Positions 56,101 to 64,000 of a stretch of DNA of 64,000 nt are shown here, one piece after another (positions within the stretch are counted from its first letter, which is position 1; each line of letters starts with the position of its first letter). This DNA comes from Moniliella sp. 'wahieum'. Its lineage: Eukaryota. The DNA is taken from contig RSEE01000002.1 in the NCBI GenBank assembly GCA_003971905.1, forward strand, positions 496,001 through 560,000, given 5' to 3'. A program made the position numbers and the translations under genes. Under the pieces are notes generated by a model. That model searched no databases. It was not told where the DNA came from and saw only the letters and a program-made list of their open reading frames with translations.

Positions 56101-57579
56101 GGCCGAGAGACCTATATTCTTGTTCTATCCCTAGTAGGTTCCACAACATACCAAGCACGAAACTACTGTGAGAGTTGACCCTTCCGACTTGTAAAGGGTT
56201 GCAATTAAAATCCTCCAGGCGTGCCCCCCACGCTGACTCAGACAGGCCCGCCCATGACGTTAATCAAGTCGCTTTTGTTGCTAGATACCTCAATCAGCTT
56301 TCAGTAACCAACTTTGATCTTCCTATTTCCTCTTGACCAGCATCTGTTGCTGTTGAAGTTCAGCAGTTACGTATACGTATAGTAACGTGTCTGAAGCCTT
56401 CGAGGCGAGTAGGGTCGGATGGATAGAGGCAGTGGGTTATAGGTGGTGGAAAAACACTGCCGGAGCTAAGAGGCTGAATGGCAGGAGGGCTGTCAACGTG
56501 GCTGGAAAGGAACCCGCGCGATAAGCTGGTACGGGGAATCGGCGCGAAGGCTCTACGATTAGGCGGATGGAAAGCTGGAGGACGAGAGGTTGGGAGACGA
56601 GGAGGCAGCAAGTTCAGACGACGTTGCCTGTACAGGGAAGAACGTGCAGGAGTTGGACAGGAAATGCGGGAAAGGACAAGATTGGAAGATGCATGGGGAA
56701 CAGGATCACAGCCAACCAGAGGTGGGTCACAGGCGGGCGCCATCAGGGAGACCCCATCGGGGCGGGTGAAGGGGTACAATCTTTGGAGGTCCTTGTTGCA
56801 TCGGTGGTTCGTGCTTTGGCCAATGTCCCTTCAGTTTCTCCTCAGTCCTATAGGAGTTCCGTTCTTGTTTTTGTCTCCTGTTTTTCGTTGTTCCGCCCTG
56901 GTGGCGACCCGCTGCTTGATGTTCCTCTGTAGGCGTTGCTGGTTGGCTTAGACCACCACCACCACCACTAGTGCGATTGCATCACCCTCGAGGACCATCT
57001 GGACTCCAGGTCTCATCAGTCCTAAGGTCGACTCAGTAGTTACTCGCTTGGGGGGATTGGTGGGTCAGAGCGGGTCTAGGGACAAGGAGAGGCCTCTCGG
57101 CGTATAGAAGAGGCCCAGCTGCAAGTGTGGCAGGCTGCGTAGCACAGGGTTGCCTGTTTTTTTTATTAGTCACTGTTCCCTGTACATAACCACCCTCTCC
57201 CCGATCTGGTGTGCCACCAATATGACAAACATACGACTTTTGGGTGTCATATCAAAAGGAGCATATACTCAGCATTTTGATGTCAGAGATAGCATCCTGA
57301 GAGAGTTCAACAATCTCCCTCTGGAGACGCGAATTGAAGAGCGATCCCTGTATGGGATAGAACGATGCAGGTTATTTTGTCACTAGAGGACCAGGACCAC
57401 CGGCCTACTGCCCAGTCTGCGTACTCCTGATGCTTTTACCGTGCATCTTTATTGCCCCAGCCATCCTCCGTGTTTTGCACAGCGGATCACGAAAAGACAT
57501 CATTTATGTTTATGATATAAAATACCTTCAAAAACGTCAGAGGAGTAATTTGCGGGGGGGAGCTAATTCTATCAGCGCG

Positions 57580-57740
57580 CTGCAGGTCAGTGACGTCGTC
57601 GATGTCACCACCCTGAACGTCAGATATGTCCTCGATGTCATCCCCCTGCAGGTCAGTTATGTCCTCGATGTTCCCCTTGAACGTCACATATGTCGCCGAC
57701 GTCACCCCCTTGAAGTCAGAAACGTCATTGACGTGCCCAT
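57580..57740 (-). repeat. About five copies of a degenerate 33-bp tandem repeat encoding an acidic 11-aa unit
   Basis: Minus-strand units read NIEDITDLQG / DDIEDISDVQG / GDIDDVTDLQ. Two upstream units are disrupted in G-runs. Confidence 0.7.
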
Positions 57741-60473
57741 GGGCGACGTATCTGACGAATATGATCCTCCTATGCTAGTTTTCCCTGGGTTACTATTGGT
57801 ATTACATTTATACTCAGTGGTTGCGAACACCCCCGGCTATCTTTCCCCCCTGGCCCACCGTTCCATAGGGTTCTTTCCCCACTGCTCATCCCCGATGTCC
57901 ACCGGTCCATCGTCAACAGAGACTCCATCAAAGCGTGGGGGAAACGTCCAAAGCAGGGAGATGGTAGGGCTAGGTGGATTTATAACCCATGCGTGGTGCT
58001 GAAGCGAGTCGCTGGGCTACACGTGCTATTAGGTCAGAACTTGGCATCCAGCTCTCTGTTTTATTAAAAGGGGGATAGTGTCCAATGGAAGTAAAAGGTT
58101 AGATGACATCAGGCATTTACTTTGGAAACCATGTCCATTACCAACAATGCGGATAGCGGGGGAAAGCAAAGATACGTAGCAATCAACTACACAGCGCAAT
58201 TATTATAATCTTGTTGCGGCGGCGGGGAATTGATCACTCCTGAACTTGCTTGTCTACAGACGAGTTGCCATGGAAATGATGTGTGCCTAAAATCTAGGGA
58301 ACGCCATTCCTCAAGGGAATGGGAAAAGTGACAGAGCAAGGGATGATCCTACCAAGAGAGGCGCAACGCTTTGAACATACGATCCGCTACAGGAGAGTCC
58401 TGACAATAGGTAATCGGCCATGGAGTTGCAGGTTTGTGAATTTTGGTAGTAAAATAGGTTGCTCGGGGATATTTGGGAAATGGCATCACAGAGAATGAGA
58501 CAGGATCACTGCTCTCAAATGGAGGAATGTGTCGAACTAATCATGATGCTTCCGAAATAAAGACTTGGTAGTTCCGGACCCTGAACGGGTTACGGAGAAA
58601 ACTCCAAATAATTCTGCTGTTCAGAGAGGCTAATCTACCAGAACATCAATCTGAAATCTATGCACTTACGAAATGACCCACTGAGCTGTATCCATTTGGC
58701 CCAGCCTTTGATCATGTCATCATGTTGACATGTATAGCTTGCGGATCGCCCCTTCTCATTTTCCTTGGTCGACCCACAGAGCCGTATTCGCTTACATTAA
58801 TTGTTAACAGAAAATACTGTTCCCATCACCTCGGATAGAAACTTAATCAACATAAGTATTTCATTACGGCAGGATAATTGACGTAGCTAAGATACACTAT
58901 GGGTACAGTCGTACCCTAGGGAAGGTACCACGCGGGCGTGTATCAGTAGTACTCACCTGCATCCCTAGGTTCCATTTGAATTGTTGCCGCTACCGAGTCA
59001 TCAGCAGAGTATAACTTGTGGACATGGAGCCAAAGCTCGGTGAGCCTCACTCTTAATACCCGAATAATTCTGGCATGTGATTGCGGTCCTTGTACACGAA
59101 TAGGCCACTGCTGTATACTCTCCACGTTCCATATTCCCCCCTATATGGGCTTTGCCATTGTGTCGTCAATTTGCCTTGCAAACTGTTGTATGAAGTGAGA
59201 TACGAAGTGAGATCTCAAAAGAAAGATACCTTTGACATCGAGGGATTCATCGGCATGGAGCTGCAGAGTTATTTGTGAAGCACGAGCACCGCCCGACAAG
59301 AACTGCTGTTATACTTACGGTGAACACCGAGCAGATCTGGAGAAATACATTTCGGATGTGGTTCATAGAAGACTGGGTCTGAAGGAGTCGTCGTCCCAAC
59401 CCATGGCTTTTTTGCCAAGACGTATTCATGTTGCGACGATTTAATGTTCAGCAAATGTATGCCTCGGAAAGTGTAATAACTCGCATTAACCCGTGATTAC
59501 TCGCCACTCTACGTCCCGGTCCATGAGGTGACTCAATTCAGGATCAGGATGAGAACGGAACGGTATCCTCAACAACTCCAAGTATAATCAAAGATCGTAA
59601 CGAGGCATACATATATTGATTTGATGCAGCAGTGAGGTCATATGGCCGGTAGCCTACAGAAAACACTCGGAAGCAGCTAGCCAGCCTAGGCGAAAATAGT
59701 GAGACACTTGAATGCCCATCAGACATGGCGGATTGTATGTGTGCAAGGGAATGCTTTTTTTCTCGTTAGCAACCGAGTCCTCTTACCACAATATCAAGAC
59801 AGGTTGGAAGGCAAAGGGACAAAACGAGTCTTCATGGTCGTCGGGATGTAAGGGCCGGGAAGTCCTTCGGACTGGCTCCCAATGTGCCCCGAATTACATA
59901 TCGATAACAAGGGCAGTCAGTATAACTGCGGTTCATCCGAAACATAAGATTGGACAATCGATCCTAAGCTGATCAAACTAACAAATGAATGCAATCATGG
60001 ACAACCATCCACCACAAGCAAATGCCTCTGAGTGCAGCGCACACTGTAGGGAGTCAGATTCCAGCTGCTATGGTCACTTCTGATGTGGGGAGAAAGAACT
60101 GGGCAAAAGTTATCTCCTTTTATAGGCAGCAAAATGATTGGTCACCTCAGCGTCTGCCGGGAAATACAGGACAAATCGTCGAGGAGAGACAGCAATCTAT
60201 GTGCTGATTGCTGTTGATGCCCTAACCCCAGCAGCATTAAATACACCATGACAGATTTGAACGCAAAATTTTCCCTGCTCCCGAAATGGCTCTTTCACTT
60301 GCACCCCCAACCACCTGAAAGAAGACGGCGTGAGAGAATGAGAAGATCCTTGGCTCGCATCCAACGACTGACAGAAGAACGAGAACCTATGGGTGCTATG
60401 CCCTACAAAGGCCAACAGGAAAGGGAGAACGTGCTAAACACCCACAGTACGACACTCAGAGACGTGATTCTAG

Positions 60474-61263
60474 GTGGTGCAGGCAGTGGCTTGGTGCCGA
60501 CACCATGCCAAACGACCGAAAGAAAACGACTATGATTGCAGTTTCTTCCACGTTTTGGAAGGAGAGATGTATGTACGGGTAGGCACATACTCTTTCGTCA
60601 TGAAGGCAAACTATTTCTTTGGGCGGGAAGACACGCCGATTGGAGAGGGGCATGATGTCACCAAAACGGGGTAGCGAGCGCTTGCTCCGCCCGCAAATGG
60701 AGCTCACTCCTAACCCCAATTTAATTCGTAGAATTCGTACAGAGGTTGTACCTTACCGGATGATGGCCACACCGACCGGCCATCCTTAGTATACCACTAC
60801 TGCAAGCATATCATTGATGGCGATGTTATTGCCTGTGGCCCGTTTGTCTTTCACGTCTTCACGCCGCGTTTTGATTTGGGGACTCCCGGAGTTCTAAGTA
60901 CATCTTAGCTGTTCCCTGAAATGATAGTGCGAGAGCTGTTTCCTCTTTCAGTGGCCTCTCCCTAACCCCTCGCGCCACCCCTTGCGGACTCCAAACCTGG
61001 AGATTACCGGATATCACGGCTGTTTTGAGTTCGCGTGCATTCACGGTGGTAAAGGGTATAGGAGGCCGGTCCAGGGCGCCTTCGAGTGCAATTCTATAGT
61101 TAAAGCAATCCAGAGAGAGACAAGGTAGTACACGGAAGCGTCTCGCCAGCATTACGTGCACTGTGAGGGCACACGCATAGTCACCCAGATGAATACTGAT
61201 AAACTTCTGGTGACATCGGGGAACACTGGGAGCATTCCACCTGGATGCGTTTACACCCACAAT
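60474..61263 (+). pseudogene. Cupin-like fragments (CENP-C/Mif2 C-terminal cupin-like)
   Basis: Peptides KRPK....FFHVLEGEMYVRVG..SFVMK and YVHCEG..V......V.SG..G.IPPG.VY..N resemble cupin beta-barrel motifs. No continuous ORF. Confidence 0.25.
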
Positions 61264-63176
61264 TATCCACCTGCAAAAGGATTCTTCAAGCGTCAAAAGC
61301 GTTCAGAACATGGAGTTCAGGATTTTGAGGTGGCCGAGCATACTAGTAGTAGGGCATTTTCTGCGTGAGCTCGTGCCTTGCTCCCCCTCCACAACCAGTT
61401 GGGTTCCCTGTCAGCAGGCAATTTGATACGATGTTTAAAGTATTGCAGAGTGGGACAGATGGGTAACAGAAGATGGAGATGAGGGAATGGGTGAGGATCA
61501 AATCAGGGTCCAGCCAACCTGGTGACTATGTGTGGTAGGTGGGTCTGATCCCGACAACGGCAGACGCATTTCCAGAATTGTGGGGTGTTTGGACAGCAAA
61601 TGGATCAAGTGAGATGAAGAGATGGACCCCGCTCCAGGAGACGGCGATGGGGGAAGGTAAGCAGATGTGGATTGCATTCATCTATAGACGGACAGGGGAT
61701 ATATGTACCTCCTCAGGAAGGGGGCACAATCGAGAGGTAGACACAGGACTATCTCCCAACTGATAGGAATCACGCCGTAGTGCCCATACGGGCCTAGTGT
61801 GCCAAGGGCCCCTAGCACACAGCGTGAGTCTGACATCCTCTTTGACTACTACACCAGATCGCATAGACGGCTGCGGACCAGTATACATGCGAATAATCAT
61901 ATCGTCATCTGGTCGCATATGTCCACAAAAGTTTCTGGGGCTCATAGAGCCCCCCTCACTCGCCCAGCGAGCCCCGTACGGTGATGCGCTAGCTGTAAAC
62001 TAGCTGCCGCTGGCTAGCATTACCCCACCAATGTGACCTATAGTTCACTCTGAGTCTACTAGTATGCCACCCTTGCTCAAGCCATGCATCATGCACCCCG
62101 CCCATTTCTCCTCTACGCTTGCCGCCGAGGTGTTCGACGACTTCGGCACCTCTCGTAACACTAAGAAAATCCAAGACTGTTGGCTCGCGTTTGATTTGAT
62201 CTATATGCCCCTCAAAGTCCAAGATCATAGACGCCGCTGACGCACTGCAAGCCCATAATCCTGTCAGCGCCGCCACAAAGTGGCCTTTGTGTGGTGGACC
62301 ATGAGTGGCAGGATCGAGTTTGATTTCACCTCCCTATGGCTTCGCTCCCTTGAGATTTGCAGTGGCGGGAACCTTCATATGACTGGCAATGATCCAGTCG
62401 CGGCGTACCCAACTGTGTGCACCAATAATATATTATTGCTCAACAATAAGAGCATTGGAGAGCGAGGTACTTTGCTGGGGTAGTAGAGACGGCATACTAG
62501 GGAGAAGTAAGCCACACGGACGAGGTTAGGATCAGACTATAACTCCAGCAGAGGCAGCATGACTGGTGTGTGTTGGTCTTTTAAGTCAAAAATAGGAAGA
62601 GAAACAGGGTATAAAAGTGATGAGAAACCAAGAGGGGGGCGCGATCCTGGCTGCGTGCAGCCCCATCTCACAACCGGACGAATGCATGTCCGCTATAGGT
62701 TTGGTGAAGAGCAGGGGTGTGGGGGAGAGAAAGAGAGGGGGGGGTTGGTAACAAAACACACACTGATTGTGCTTGAGCAATTTTTGCCCTTCCCTCTCTC
62801 ATCCAGGAGCATCTAACACATGTCATGGCCTTTTTGTGGCAAAAAAAAGACTCCTTTTAAACCGTCGTTTCAGTCAAATATGATCGTTAGCGAAAGCTTA
62901 GTAGTATGTGCGCTGCCATTGTACTGCTGGTCGAAACGATCAAAGTGTTCTCGACTGATCATATGCAGCACAGATAGGGTATTCTATCAATATCTTGTAA
63001 TTAGAGGAAGGGGCAACTAACCTCTCTTTTCTCTTGAGAGTACGGTTAACGGTTACAATATTATTTAGTCTACCAATCCTACTATGTCTACCCATCCTTC
63101 TTATCACCTGCATCAACCTCCCATTCCACTCTCTCAACAGATCTCAACCCCTCTGATTCAACACAATAAAGTAGCA

Positions 63177-63928
63177 TCACGAGAGAGTGCTTCGACCGAA
63201 GGTAGGTGGAATGCGGAGAACCTTGCCTCTGGCATCAAGGGATTGAGCCACCGGATCCGGGTCAAGAGAAAGCATGCTCGATAAAGCAAAGTCCCAAATC
63301 CGGAGGACAAAGGAACTTCCAACTGTGGTCGTGAGGGCGCGTGTGGGGTCGCGAGAGGCATCCGCCAGTGCAGCAGCGGCTCGTGGGCTTCCGGGTGTAC
63401 CCAAAGGACTGATGCCGCTCCGACCTGGCAAAAAGTAACTGCCCCCTCGGTCATATAGGGGGGTACTGAACCGACTCCGCGAACTGAAATGGAGAAGCAC
63501 ATAAGCGCAGCTCGGGGTCAGCGCGACTGCCACGGGCAAGGTCAGCCCGTTCCGAAGCAGAATGAGAAGCATGCGCGCGGTATTGGCGCGGTATACTTCC
63601 ACCTTGGTCTGGGGATCATTGGGATCAAAACTACGCTTGATTCCTGAACGAGAGACGCGAGGCGAGCGCGGGGAGGCAGGCATATCCGTGACCTGGGCTG
63701 CTCCCATCATGTCGGTGATGGACTCGATACTGTCTTCGTCCGGCACCTCCGAAAGGGCCCCGAGAGAAGCAGGGCTTGCCCTGCCCTTGCCCTTGTCCTT
63801 GCCTTTGTCTGTTCATCCTCATAAAACATCGCAGTGTCACCATAGACCTTTTCCGGGTGGAGGATGGGGTCAAACTGAGCAACTAACGCAGGTGCTCGGG
63901 CAGCAGCTAGGTCCGTCACGTGAATCAA
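63177..63928 (-). CDS. Hypothetical protein, probably continuing beyond the window end
   Basis: Overlapping minus-strand ORFs (63707-63928 and 63177-63746) in a GC-richer patch. No motif recognised. Confidence 0.3.
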
Positions 63929-64000
63929 GTCTAGGCGGTTTTCTCCTTGAGTAGATGCCAGGGCGGCAGCGGTGAAGTTGATGAGAAAAGGGGGGTGAGA

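Noticed and set aside
57580..57740. CRISPR-like array
   Set aside because: The repeats are contiguous and degenerate with no unique spacers, the context is eukaryotic, and there are no cas genes.

Overview
GC-rich, intron-containing fungal genomic DNA. Splice signals (GTRNGT...CTRAC...YAG) and gene content suggest a basidiomycete, possibly Ustilaginomycotina (inference). From about 1 to 54 kb the window is gene-dense. It carries an RDS2/AcuM-type Zn2Cys6-PAS regulator, a Dal5-type MFS transporter, a PrpF-family isomerase, a stand-alone S53 (sedolisin) prodomain and a MOD5-type tRNA isopentenyltransferase. It also carries a ferric reductase, a LEA_2-like membrane protein, a small GPI-type protein, Y14/RBM8A, a Pom1/DYRK2-class kinase, a zeta-crystallin-type quinone oxidoreductase and a GATA factor. 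A complete, very young Ty1/copia retrotransposon lies at 33743-39014 (minus strand, GGGTA target-site duplication). It has two unusual features: gag and pol are in one frame separated by a single TAG (candidate readthrough), and the primer-binding site looks complementary to a tRNA-Tyr(GUA) anticodon arm rather than a tRNA 3' end. Intergenic DNA repeatedly carries 7-bp-period units of a palindromic hexamer A-N4-T plus one spacer base, with many different cores. The last ~10 kb is gene-poor and holds a 33-bp acidic repeat and cupin-like fragments. Almost every conserved gene has 1-2 bp frameshifts, probably long-read consensus errors, so many CDS boundaries are approximate.
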